Shown one piece after another: positions 25,050 through 36,229 of a stretch of DNA of 64,000 bases; the first letter of the stretch is position 1; every line of letters begins with the position of its first letter. The notes under the pieces are model-generated. The model worked only from the letters and a program-made list of their open reading frames with translations, was not told where the DNA came from and searched no databases. This stretch comes from Octopus sinensis (taxonomy: Eukaryota): the NCBI RefSeq assembly GCF_006345805.1, contig NW_021832564.1:1-64000 (forward strand). The letters run 5' to 3'. A program made the translations under genes and the position numbers.

Positions 25050-25365
25050 TATATATATATGTGTGTGTGTGTGCATGTATGTATGTACGTTTGTATGTAT
25101 GTATGCATGCATGCAAGCATGTATGTATGTATGTATGTATGATGTATGTATGCATGCATGCATGTATGCATGCATGCATGCATGTATGTATGTATGTATG
25201 TATGTATGTATGTATGTATGTATGTATGTATGTATGTATGTATACATGCATGTATGCATGCATGCATGTATGTATGTATGTATGTATGTATGTATGTATG
25301 TATGTATGTATGAATGTATGTATGTATGTATGTATGTATGTATGTATGTATGTATGTATGCATGT
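25050..25365. repeat. (TATG)/(CATG) tract
   Basis: Read directly. Confidence 0.95.
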
Positions 25366-25414
25366 ATGAGCAAATGCATTTATACGCGAGTAGTTTTATC
25401 TTAACAGGATTTAA

Positions 25415-25455
<41 letters not shown>

Positions 25456-25522
25456 TACACACACAAACACACACCGTATGAGCATAAGTAAATCATGTGA
25501 TGGAAATCACGCCGATGTTTTT

Positions 25523-25626
25523 TCATGCATCATTAGATTTAGATTCTCTATAAATGGAACGGACAATGTATAGCGATTTATCGTTTCGGGTGTTTAACAC
25601 TGCTGTGTAATCAATCGTTGCTGTAC
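25523..25626 (-). CDS. Speculative terminal exon of the 25.5-27.1 kb gene model ([34 protein letters not shown])
   Basis: Acceptor CTCTAATACAG; phase 1 compatible with exon 26389-26464; no independent support. Confidence 0.25.
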
Positions 25627-25684
25627 CTGTATTAGAGCGGTGCATATAACTACGTATACACACACATATATGTATATACATATA

Positions 25685-25766
<82 letters not shown>

Positions 25767-26388
25767 TATATACATGACTTGTATATACGATGGCTGAGGT
25801 AACAATTGATCCATGTCAACCATAATTCACTGCAAACTTGTATGTATGTGCGTAAACACAGACAGACAGACAGATAGAACGAGAGAGAAGTAGATACGTA
25901 AATGTATTTATATATTTGAATATATCTGTACTGTATTGATGTGTGTATGTTCATATATGAGTGCGTGCGCGTGCGTATGTTTTAATATATTACGCCTACC
26001 AGCATTTATGCACGTATCCAATATCCATCCATCATCTTTAATTACTGCCACCCGTTAATAAGGACATGCACACAAACACACAAGCACATATATCTATCTA
26101 TATATATATTGATGTATATATGAATGTGTGCATGTGGTTGCTTGTTTTCTGGGTATGTATTGTGTAATTATCGCTGTGTGTTAATTTACGGGTGGTAGCA
26201 ATTAAATGTAAATGTACGTTTGCAGAAATTAGTGTGAATACAGTGTAGGCGTTTAGAATGTATTCATGTGTATGTGTGTGTGCGTGTGTGTGCGTGTGTT
26301 TGTGTGTGTGTGCAGTGAGACACACACACACACACTCACGCATGCCTACACTGCTGATCAAAAGTCTGAACTCGCTGTTAAAGTTCAC

Positions 26389-26464
26389 CTTTCACACTGC
26401 AGTTTGTGAACAATAATGAAGGGGTGTATTTTCTAATAAAATATGCAAATGAATTGAGACCAGA
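26389..26464 (-). CDS. Speculative exon 3 (SGLNSFAYFIRKYTPSLLFTNCSVK)
   Basis: Acceptor TGTTTGTTCAGCTGTAG, donor AAG|GTGAAC, open frame, phase 0 to 1. Confidence 0.25.
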
Positions 26465-26710
26465 CTACAGCTGAACAAACAACAGCATCAGGCAGACGAC
26501 CCATTTGTCTCGTCTTCGCCCGCAATCTGGTTGGGCCGGTTTCCTACCAAATTTTGGCGGTAACCTTGCGCTATTTCCTGTGGTCTAACCTGGGCACATC
26601 TTCCTTATTAAGTCCGAAATCGATTAACAATTATATATAAACTGCAGTTTCTGTTATCATATGATCATATGATACAGGGTCTATATCAGGAAATGAACCT
26701 GTTCGCTTAC

Positions 26711-26752
26711 TCGACAGAGAAATATCAATTTTTCATGGCAGGCTGCAACTTT
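26711..26752 (-). CDS. Exon 2 of unknown spliced gene (KVAACHEKLIFLCR)
   Basis: Acceptor GTTGTTTCCAACAG with upstream CTTAAT branch-like site; donor CGA|GTAAGC; 42 nt, phase 0-0, in frame with exon 1. Confidence 0.6.
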
Positions 26753-26847
26753 CTGTTGGAAACAACGCTATTAAGGATGACCGTTTAAATAACTTCTTCA
26801 GAATATTCGGCAGTTTATGATTGAATATTGAGGTATTTTCCACTCAC

Positions 26848-27147
26848 CAACTCTTCGTTTGTGTGACTTCTTCTCACCGCCATCATAAAGAGTGAGCATT
26901 GCTCCAGGATTTGGGGGATTGCTTCAGGAATTTGATGGTCGTTACACGAAATGAAAAATTGATGTAAATTCTTTTTAAAAAATGACATTAGACCTGTTCT
27001 ATTTTGGTCAATTTCTTCAATCCCTGCAAAATTACAAACAAACCTCGTAAATAATCTTGGATCTTTAATTTTCCTTAATAATCTTGGGTCTTTTATTTTT
27101 CTCAATAACCTTGGGTCTGTTCTTGCAGCTTTTGCCATTGACATCAT
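26848..27147 (-). CDS. Exon 1 of unknown spliced gene, 100 codons (MMSMAKAARTDPRLLRKIKDPRLLRKIKDPRLFTRF…RRSHTNEEL)
   Basis: ATG with in-frame upstream stop; donor TTG|GTGAGT at a codon boundary; internal 27-bp repeats differ only at synonymous positions. Confidence 0.7.
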
Positions 27148-27665
27148 ACCGTTTCATTTTAACTGTATGTTTAATAACGTACGTAACGCGGAAACACAGC
27201 CACTCACAGACACAGACACACTCATACACTCACAGACAGATATACACTCATATACAAAATGTGACGTTGTCGTCGTCATGGTACAAAATGTTCCTGACAT
27301 ACACTCACATACATGTACTAAGATAGCCACACAGAGACATACATTTACGCATGTCAGTCGTTACATATGTATATGCATGTGTAAATGTGTGGGTGTTTAA
27401 TAATGTAGCTAACGCGGAAAGAGACACACAGACATTATGAGACATATACATACTCATACACTTACACACATACACTCACAGATATATACATAATCATATA
27501 CAAAATGTGACGTCGTTGTCGTCGTGGTATAATATACCCTGTTGACAACAGATGGAGTATCTCAGAGAAATGTTATATTGTTTTAATCGAAATGAAACGA
27601 AATGAAAATAGTCGAAATGAAAATAAAATTTCGTGTTGACACTGACCAGGCCTCACATACATATA

Positions 27666-27894
27666 TGTTTCTTTACTACCCACAAGGGGCTAAACATAGA
27701 GGGGACAAACAAGGACAGACAAACGGATTAAGTCGATTACATCGGCCCCAGTACGTAACTGGTACTTAATTTATCGACCCCGAAAGGATGAAAGGCAAAG
27801 TCGACCTCGGCGGAATTTGAACTTAGAACGTAGCGAGGGACGAAATACCGCGAAGCACTTCGCCCGGCGTGCTAACGTCTCTGCCAGCTCGCCG
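27666..27894 (-). mobile_element. SINE family B inserted in the tandem repeat
   Basis: ~15-bp TSD CCTCACATACATATA (27651-27665, 27895-27909). Confidence 0.9.
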
Positions 27895-28439
27895 CCTCAC
27901 ATACATATAGTATGTTTAATAACGTACTTAACGCGGAATGGCACAAGTACTGTGCGACATATACACACGCATACACTCACACACATACATTCACAGATAG
28001 ATACCCAGTCAGTCGTCAGTCGTCACATATGTATGTGTATGTATAAATGTGCATGTGTTTCATAACGTACTGTTACATATGTACATGTATGTGTAGATGT
28101 TTGTGTATGTTTAATAACGTACCCAACGCAGAATGACACACACACTATGAGACATATACACACTAGTACACTTACACACCGTCGTCAGTCGTCACATATG
28201 TATATGTATGTGTAGATGTGTGTGTGTTTGATAACGTACCGTTACATATGAACACGTATGTATGATTTGTGTGTTTAATAATGTACCTAACGTTCAAAGA
28301 CACACACTATGAGACATATACACACTCATACACTTACACACGTACACTGATGACAGATACACAGTCATATACAAAATGTGATGTCGTTGTCGTCGTGGTA
28401 TAAAATGTCCTGTTGACAATAGAAAAATTATCTCTATGA

Positions 28440-29376
28440 GATATTGTCGGTTTGGATGCCAGCATCAATTCTGTTCGAATTGATTTTGATATTCAGTGCA
28501 ATGATACACTTTTATAGGCTAATTAATGACGTGAAATTAATTGTCGCTATTAATCAATAAATAAAGAGTTATTAGTAATTTAAGTTTGAAAATTTTGGTA
28601 ATTTTAACCAATTGTAAGCCACAGATACATTTATGCCTGTTTCGATTGTAAGAAGCGGAACATGAGAACTCTTTTGTCTGCGTGCCTGTTACCATAGTAA
28701 CAGTCTTTGAAAAGTCTTTTATCTGCGAGGAAGCACGTGTTGACAAATTTGACGCTGTGTTCTGTGTTCTGTATGATTATGGCAACAAGCTCCATTAACT
28801 TCACTTCTATTATGGAAACATTGAAAACAGAGAAGGACACTGTGTCGCACCTTCAAGAAAAGGGTGTTACACCCAAAAGGAAACTATGTAAAAAGAGGCA
28901 TGTTATGTGTACGAAAAGACTGGCGATCGCATGTAACGTGTTGTTTATCGCATTTGCATTAAATGTATATTGAATGCTTAAATTTTTATTTACTCGCTTC
29001 TTTTTGTCACTGAGGTGGTTGTGAGATGTGCTAAAAATAACAGTTAAATAAGATTTTTTGGATAAATCTTTTAAATTAACGTAAACATTTATTTACATGA
29101 AAGAAAATTACCGAAGATATAACACGTGTTGTTTTCAAATATTGACAACACATGCTATTTTCAAGGTGTTGACGAAAATGACAGCTTCCAAATTCTGTTT
29201 CCTGACTAAGTGAAAATGATCAAACTTTATACCTCTATAACTTATTAAAAACATTTTTGTGGAAAAAATTAAATAATTCCAGCAATTCAGTTTGGGCACG
29301 TGTATTATTGAAAAAAAATTTTAATTTTCGGTAAACTTTAATTTTTGAAATTCTGGCAGCCAAACCGATAATATTC
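28440..29376 (+). mobile_element. Non-autonomous DNA transposon, probably Merlin (IS1595/ISXO2-like)
   Basis: ~23-bp TIR GATATTGTCGGTTTGGATGCCAG / CTGGCAGCCAAACCGATAATATTC; 9-bp TSD TCTCTATGA; ORF relic INFTSIMETLKTEKDTVSHLQEKGVTPKRKLCKKRHVM resembles Merlin transposase N-termini (from memory). Confidence 0.6.
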
Positions 29377-30039
29377 TCTCTATGAAATGTTATATTGTTT
29401 TAATCGAAATGAAAATAAAATTTCGTATTGACACAGACCTGACCTCACATACATATAGTATGTTTAATAATGTACCTAACGCGAAACGACACACACTGTG
29501 AAACTCACACACATACATCCACAGACAGATACACAGTCATATACAAAATGTGATGTCGTTGTTGTCGTGGTATAAAATGTCCTGTTGACAATAGAAAGAT
29601 TATCTCTATGAGATCAAAACGCCCCCCGTCCAATGGACGATGCTAGTTGTCAAACATTTAAAGCAAATTTTCTCAAAGCAACTTGTCCGACCGTCCCATA
29701 GGCCTCCCCTTTGAGAAACACTGATTTAACCTAAATTTGAGACACCAGCAAAAGAAGAAATAAAGATAGACTTTTTTTCAATTCCAAAAAAAAAAACGAT
29801 TTTATTCGCACAAATATGCAACTGAAGAGTTTAAAGTACCAGTAATGATAAGGCTGTTGACTGGGAGAACACAAACATGGTTTAAACAGTAAGCTTGGCA
29901 GGAAAGAAACGTGCCTTTAAGCAGTACAAAAATAACAAAAAATGGAAGGTGCAGTTATGTACAGGTTGACGGAAGACAAGCAGGACAAAAACGGCTTTAT
30001 CGATCACATTCTCACCTGGAATAAATTTTGGTAGTTTTT

Positions 30040-30570
30040 TCAAGACTTATACATGCCCTGATACCGTCGGTATCTACATATCAAATTTGAGCGCAATCGG
30101 ATAGAGGATACCCGAGATCCTAGAAGACACACAGACAGACAGAAAGAACGGATTTTATATAATAGATATAGAAGCACTCCGTCGGTTACGACGATGAGGG
30201 TTCCGGTTGATCCGAATCAACGGAACAGCCTGCTCGTGAAATTAACGTGTAAGTGGCTGAGCACTCCACAGACACGTGTACCCTTAACGTAGTTCTCGGG
30301 GATATTTAGCGTGACACAGAGAGTGAAAAGGCCGGCCCTTTGAAATACAGGTACAACAGAAACAAGAAGTAAGAGTGAGAGAAAGTTGTGGTGAAAGAGT
30401 ACAGCAGGGTTCACCACCATCCCCTGCCGGAGCCTCGTGGAGCTTTAGGTGTTTTCGCTCAATAAACACTCACAACGCCCGGTCTGGGAATCGAAACCGC
30501 GATCCTATGACCGCGAGTCCGCTGCCCTAACCACTAGGCCATTGCGCCTCCACATAATAGATATAGATAG
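30040..30570 (-). mobile_element. Helitron-like 5' terminus interrupted by SINE A
   Basis: With the SINE removed, the minus strand reads A|TCTATATCTATTATATAAAATCCG..TCTGTCTGTCTGTGTG, as in non-autonomous invertebrate Helitrons. Confidence 0.5.
30171..30553 (-). mobile_element. SINE family A, full length
   Basis: TSD ATAATAGATATA (30159-30170, 30554-30565). Confidence 0.95.
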
Positions 30571-31029
30571 TAGCACGAGGATGGTGGATATCAGGCTTTT
30601 TCAGTAAATCACAACATTTGTTTATGCACTGTACACCAGCTTTAAGTTGCTGAGTTTATATTCACATACCATTGTACAAGATTATTCTTTATAATTACTA
30701 TATAGATGAGTATTTTTCAGCAACAGCCGTGTGTGGGCGCTTCGTCGAGTGAAATACGATTAAGTCGCCCATACTTGCGCACATAAGTATATACATACTG
30801 ATATACATACGGCGGAAACTCCTGATGCTTAAACCGGAACGCGTAATTTTAAAAATCAAACCATATAATCGATCTAGAATAAGCTTACCTTCGGTGCAGC
30901 TGTCTCTCATCAAAATGAAACATTATATTAAAACCTGATTTGTTATTTTCAATAATTTACGCTTATTAAATCTGTGATGCATGCGGTGCATTCACGAAGG
31001 GAACACGCCGCTGTTTTGTGTGTGTGTGT

Positions 31030-31096
<67 letters not shown>

Positions 31097-31330
31097 ACAT
31101 ACATATATGCATGTATATATTGAACATATAAGGTAGGAGGTTGCCATGGTCACAGTAACGGGTGCGTGTGGGTGTCTGTGAAATGAAAGTTAAAACAGAA
31201 ACAATTATGAAGTCGATTCATTTGTGTGAAACTAATCGCTATGTCACGCTGGAAACTTTCATTTGCAGAGCCATTACCTCCTCATACACTGTCAAAAGTT
31301 TTTACTGATATATATATACATACATACATA

Positions 31331-31879
31331 CGAGGGTGAGTCAAAAAGTAATGCCATTTTGCTTAGGACAGGTATAATTACCAACACAGGAACATGTATC
31401 GTACATTAAAATCAAGCTGGTCCTCTGTGGATCACATCCCTACTTCTCAACATAGTCACCATTTCTCTCAATAGCAATGTTCCACCTTCGAATGACAGCA
31501 TGTATCCCTGCCCCGTAAAATTCTGTTGACTGTTCTTTCAGACACTTCTTCACTACAGTTTTCACTTCCTCGTCACTGGAATAATGTTTGCCTCTCAAAC
31601 ACTCTTTCATGGGGCCGAATAGATGATAATACAGTGACGAGGAAGTTAAAATTGTTGTGAAGAAGTGGCTCAAAGAACAGTCAACAGAATTTTACGGGGC
31701 AGGAACACATACTCTCATTCGAAGGTGGAACATTACGATTGAGAGAAATGGTGACTATGTTGAGAAGTAGAGATGTGATCCACAGAAGACCAGTTTCATT
31801 TTGATGTATGATACATGTTCCAGTATTGGTAATTATACCTGTCCTAAGCAAAATGGCATTACTTTTTGACTCACCCTCG
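31331..31879. mobile_element. Palindromic mariner derivative made of two inverted 3' ends
   Basis: TA|CGAGGGTGAGTC…GACTCACCCTCG|TA; 247-bp arms and 55-bp spacer; both arms encode DEEVK..VKKWLKEQSTEFYGAG…GDYVEK*. Confidence 0.9.
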
Positions 31880-32619
31880 TATATATATATATACATCAAT
31901 GATAAGGGTGCACAAGGCTCCTACCTTCTAGGAAAAGGAGTTAAAACACTCATTTAAACCACTAATGACACTGAAAAATACAGTAGTCGGGCGAACGGGT
32001 TAAAGAATTTTTAACATACTTATATAACCGAATGCTATCTATTTCTTGGTATTTGGATATGCTTGGATCATGATTTCTGGTTCTGGCGAAATGCCTTACC
32101 TTCATTAGCAAGTCTTACCGATTGAAATATATCTATCTACACGAGTGTGTATGATAGCGCATAGAAGAATATATTACTCAAAGAAATTCCAACGTTGTAT
32201 GATTTTCACATTTTATTTACAATGTTATAATAATATAGTATAAGTTATTATAAGGTAATATAATATAATAAAATGATATAATATCAAATGTCCATTCTAT
32301 TTTGAACTAGTACTTTCATGCATTAAACTATGCAATCTTCAGGTTCATGTAGTAGTGGTGACAGTTATGTTTTACGATTTACAAGTGTAGTGAGATGGCT
32401 AAACTGTGTGCCTTAAATACATTTGTATAGGCTGCAGAATGTTAATTTTTGCAAAACTGTATTCTGACCAATCAGTGTGTGGCTTTACTAAATTACTTAA
32501 GTTGACTGGTTTTTGGTTTAGGCATCACGGTTTCTTGAACATATCAAGACCTGTATTTTGACCCTGGCCAAAACAGTAATTGTTTGGCTATTTTTAGAAA
32601 TGTTGCAACCATTTCCCAA

Positions 32620-32704
32620 ATATATATGTATATATATATATGTGTGTGTGTGTGTGTATACACATATATATATATATATATTCATATATATACATGTTCA
32701 TATA

Positions 32705-32740
<36 letters not shown>

Positions 32741-32766
32741 ATATATATATATATAATATATATATA

Positions 32767-32808
<42 letters not shown>

Positions 32809-32818
32809 TATATATATG

Positions 32819-32880
<62 letters not shown>
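32620..32880. repeat. (TA)n tract
   Basis: Read directly. Confidence 0.95.
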
Positions 32881-32881
<1 letters not shown>

Positions 32882-33184
32882 AAGGCGCGTGGCTTTGTGT
32901 TTAGGCCATTCGGCTCTCGGTCGCAAGGTCGGACGTTCAATGCCCAGTGACACAATGTGTCCTTAAGCAAAACCTTTTATTTCACATTTTTCCAGTCCAC
33001 ACTCAGCTGACAAACATAAGTAGTACCTGTACTTCAAAAGGGGCAGCCTTGTCTTATTGCTGAATCTCCCCGAGAATTAGGTTAAGAGTACACGTGTCTG
33101 TGGACTACTCAGCCACATGCACTTTAATTTCACGAGCAGGCTGTTCCATTGATCGGAACGACCAACTGGAACCCGCGTCGTCGC

Positions 33185-33185
<1 letters not shown>
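32881..33185 (+). mobile_element. SINE family D (tRNA head, CORE-like domain, family-A-type 3' tail)
   Basis: TGTCCTTAAGCAAAACC..TTTATTTCACA..TCCAGTCCAC..CTCAGCTG, then TACCTGTACTTCAAA…CACGAGCAGGCTGTTCC shared with A. Confidence 0.75.
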
Positions 33186-33238
<53 letters not shown>

Positions 33239-33486
33239 GTATATATGTATATATGAATGTATGTATGTATGTATGTATGTATGTGTGTGTGTGTATGTAT
33301 GTATACCGTTTTTTTGTGTCGTCTATTTGAATGTTTTGCGTTCTTGTCGCATTTTGTATTTTTATATATATTTTTTATACATATATATATATGTATATAT
33401 ATATATATTCAAAATGTGACCGCGTGTGTACCGTTGGCGATTTTTTCTCCTCCGTCTTCCCTTCTCTGGATCTTTCCTTTTCCTAT

Positions 33487-33521
33487 GTTTCTGACGAAGA
33501 GCTCCGCTGGAAACGTAAAAC
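33487..33521 (+). ncRNA. Degenerate minimal type I hammerhead ribozyme motif
   Basis: GTTT-CTGACGA-A-GAGC-TCC-GCTG-GAAAC-GTA-AAAC; one stem-II mismatch. Confidence 0.45.
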
Positions 33522-33761
33522 CCTCCTTCTTCCCTTCCTTCCTGAGCGTCCAATAATACTATATTTGTTCCACGTCTTTGCGTTGTTGTGTTTTCTCTTT
33601 GTATTTTTATGTTTGGATTAACTTTATGTGTATATGTATATATATATATATATATATATTTGGGGCAACTGGTACTCATCGACTTTGAAAGAATGAAAGG
33701 CAAAATCGACCCCGACGGACGAAATGCCACTAAGCGTTTTGTTCGGCGTGCTAACGTTTCT

Positions 33762-33965
33762 TATTTCTTTACTGCCCACAAGGAGCTACACACAGAAGGG
33801 ACAAACAAGGACAAACAGCGGATTAAGTCGATTACATTGACCCCAGCGCGTAACTGGTACTTATTTAATCGACCCCGAAGGGATGAAAGGCAAAGTCGAT
33901 CTCGGCAGAATTTGAACTCAGAACGTAGCGGCTTTTCGCCCGTCGTGCTAACGTTTCTGCCAGCT
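33762..33965 (-). mobile_element. SINE family B
   Basis: Revcomp of B consensus, with an internal deletion. Confidence 0.85.
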
Positions 33966-34138
33966 GGCATATTGCTATGTTTATTTAATAAAATTAAATC
34001 TTGTCTCACATCATGACGGACCAACAAGACATTCCTGGATACAACTATATTCTGACATTTCATTGATAAAGAGGCTGGATTAATAATTTTCTCAGATATT
34101 TTGCTGGTGAGGTGGACGGTATTATCTTGAGAAGAATA

Positions 34139-34376
34139 AGGCGCCGAGCTGGCAGAAACGTTAGCGCGCCGGGCGAAATGCTTAGCGGTATTTTGTCTGT
34201 CGTTACGTTCTGAGTTCAAATTCCGCCGAGGTCGACTTTGCCCTTCTTCCTTTCGGGGTCGATAAATAAAGTACCAGTTTCGCACTGGGGTTGATATAAT
34301 CGACTTAATACCTATATCTATCCTTGTTTGTCCCCTCTATGTTTAGCCCCTTGTGGGTAATAAAGAAATAGGTATT
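34139..34376 (+). mobile_element. SINE family B, full length
   Basis: AGGCGCCGAGCTGGCAGAAACG…AAGAAATAGGTATT. Confidence 0.9.
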
Positions 34377-34419
34377 ATTTTGAGAATCGGAGGCGTAAAT
34401 ACATTTTATATTTCTATCT

Positions 34420-34740
34420 TTATTCTGAAAGGTGAGAAAGAGGGGGTTGATTTTTTCCAAAAGTTGAAATTTTAAATGTTTATTTATTTCAGACGCGTAA
34501 TCTCCATAACTTTTGTATCCTTTGATCGATATTGTCCAATGTGATCTTCATATTAGAAGACATCGGAGGTGTGTGATTTCGTTGTTATTTCTAGCAAGCT
34601 GAGTGACGAGACTGGGGCGTCCCTCTCTTGTCAATAACTCTGAGTGGCAGCTGCTAGTTGTTTAGAATGCATTCACGCGTGCGCAAATGAAACGGCTGAG
34701 TTTTAAAGCTTCCGGAATAAGAGAAGGGAGTGGGAAAAAA
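34420..34740 (+). repeat. Old interspersed repeat, second copy at ~43060-43390
   Basis: Shared blocks TTCTGAAAGGT, TTGAAATTTTA, TATTTATTTCAGA, TTAGAAGAC, GAGTGGCA.CTGCTAGTTGTTTA. Confidence 0.6.
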
Positions 34741-34893
34741 TGATTTTAATAAATTCAAATTTTAAAAATAACTTAATTTTTCTTTACTTTTTCTAGGGTG
34801 GGGTGAATTGAAATTTTTTTAAACACGTAATTCAAAAAATTAACTGCGAAAAAAAGTTAACAATAAACAATAGGGCGAGAATTTATATAAATA

Positions 34894-35305
34894 TACTCTT
34901 TTACTTGTTTCAGTCATTTGACTGCGGCCATGCTGGAGCACCGCCTTTAGTCGAGCAAATCGACCCCAAGACTTATTCTTTGTAAGCCTAGTACTTATTC
35001 TATCGGTCTCTTTTGCCGAACCGCTAAGTTACGGGGACGTAAACACACCAACATCAGTAATCAAGCGATTTTGGGGAGACAAACACAGACACACAAACAT
35101 ATACAAACACATACATATATGCATACATATATATATATATACGACAGGCTTCTTTCAGTTTCCGTCTACCAAATCCACTCACAAGGCTTTGGTCGGACCG
35201 AGGCTATAGTAGAAGACACTTGCCCAAGGTGCTACGCTGTAGGAATGAACCCGGAACCATGTTGCTGCTAAGCAAGCTACTTACCACACAGCCACTCCTG
35301 CGCCT
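34894..35305 (-). mobile_element. SINE family C, full length
   Basis: Revcomp of the 21496-21896 copy. Confidence 0.9.
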
Positions 35306-35504
35306 ATATGCAAGATCTTAGAATCTGTTGTTGAAAAAGTAGAAATCTGAGGATTTTTAAAAATAAAGTAATGGTTAGGGGGAGTCTCAGAGACATCCGT
35401 GCCCCACGTCTCTTTGGTGGAGGGTTATTGTGAAAAGCCCAACAGTATTCTTAAGTTGTTTTTTTCCACTTCTGTGTAATGATGTAATTGTTGTTTGTTC
35501 CCTC

Positions 35505-35795
35505 TCGAGCCACGCCTGGCTCATAAGGGCCGGTTACCCGGTTTCCTTGGCGTATAGATTCCCCTCCTGGACAGAACATCGGTCCGTCACAGGTGAGCTG
35601 CAAGATGCAGGAGGAAAGAGTGAGAGTAAGTTGTGGAGAAAGAGTCAGCAGAAGTTCGCCATTACCTTCTGCCGGAGCCGCGTGGAGCTTAGGTGTTTCG
35701 CTCATAAACACACACATCGCCCGGTCTGAGATTCGAACCTGCGATCCCTCGACCGCGAATCCGCTGCTCTAACCACTAGGCCATGTGCCTCCACT
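35505..35795 (-). mobile_element. SINE with diverged family-A head and middle and a third 3' tail (A3)
   Basis: Head and middle align to A; tail TGACGGACCG…CCAGGAGGGGAATC…GAGCCAGGCGTGGCTC is unrelated to the A tail. Confidence 0.7.
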
Positions 35796-36124
35796 GTAAT
35801 GATGTAATAATTCTCAGTAATAACGGAGAGACGTGTAGGACGAGAAAGTAATATTTGATCATTAACTGATACCAGTTCTGTTGCTCACCGCATGCTTATT
35901 TCTAATTAGCAATTTAATGACCCATCCATTAAACGTGTCTAAACTTATTAAACCTATACATATGCAATGCTTTGGTTTGCACTGAATAAATACACACACA
36001 CACACACACGTGTGTGTGTGTTTGCATGTTTGTATAAACCTGCGTGCATTAATTATGCTGTTAACAATTCTTACTCTCTTTCTGATATGTAATGCTATAT
36101 ACATAAAAACAAACATTAATTTGT

Positions 36125-36193
<69 letters not shown>

Positions 36194-36229
36194 TGTGTGC
36201 TGATCTTGGTGGTAACCTCTCGAGTGCAA

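Larger units (their letters stand above)
27165..29646 (+). mobile_element. Degenerate ~230-bp tandem repeat ending in a Helitron-type 3' terminus
   Basis: Recurring GTATGTTTAATAA.GTAC and ATATACAAAATGTGA.GT blocks; hairpin CGTCC-AAT-GGACG (29627-29639), then CTAG|T (29643-29647). Confidence 0.6.
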
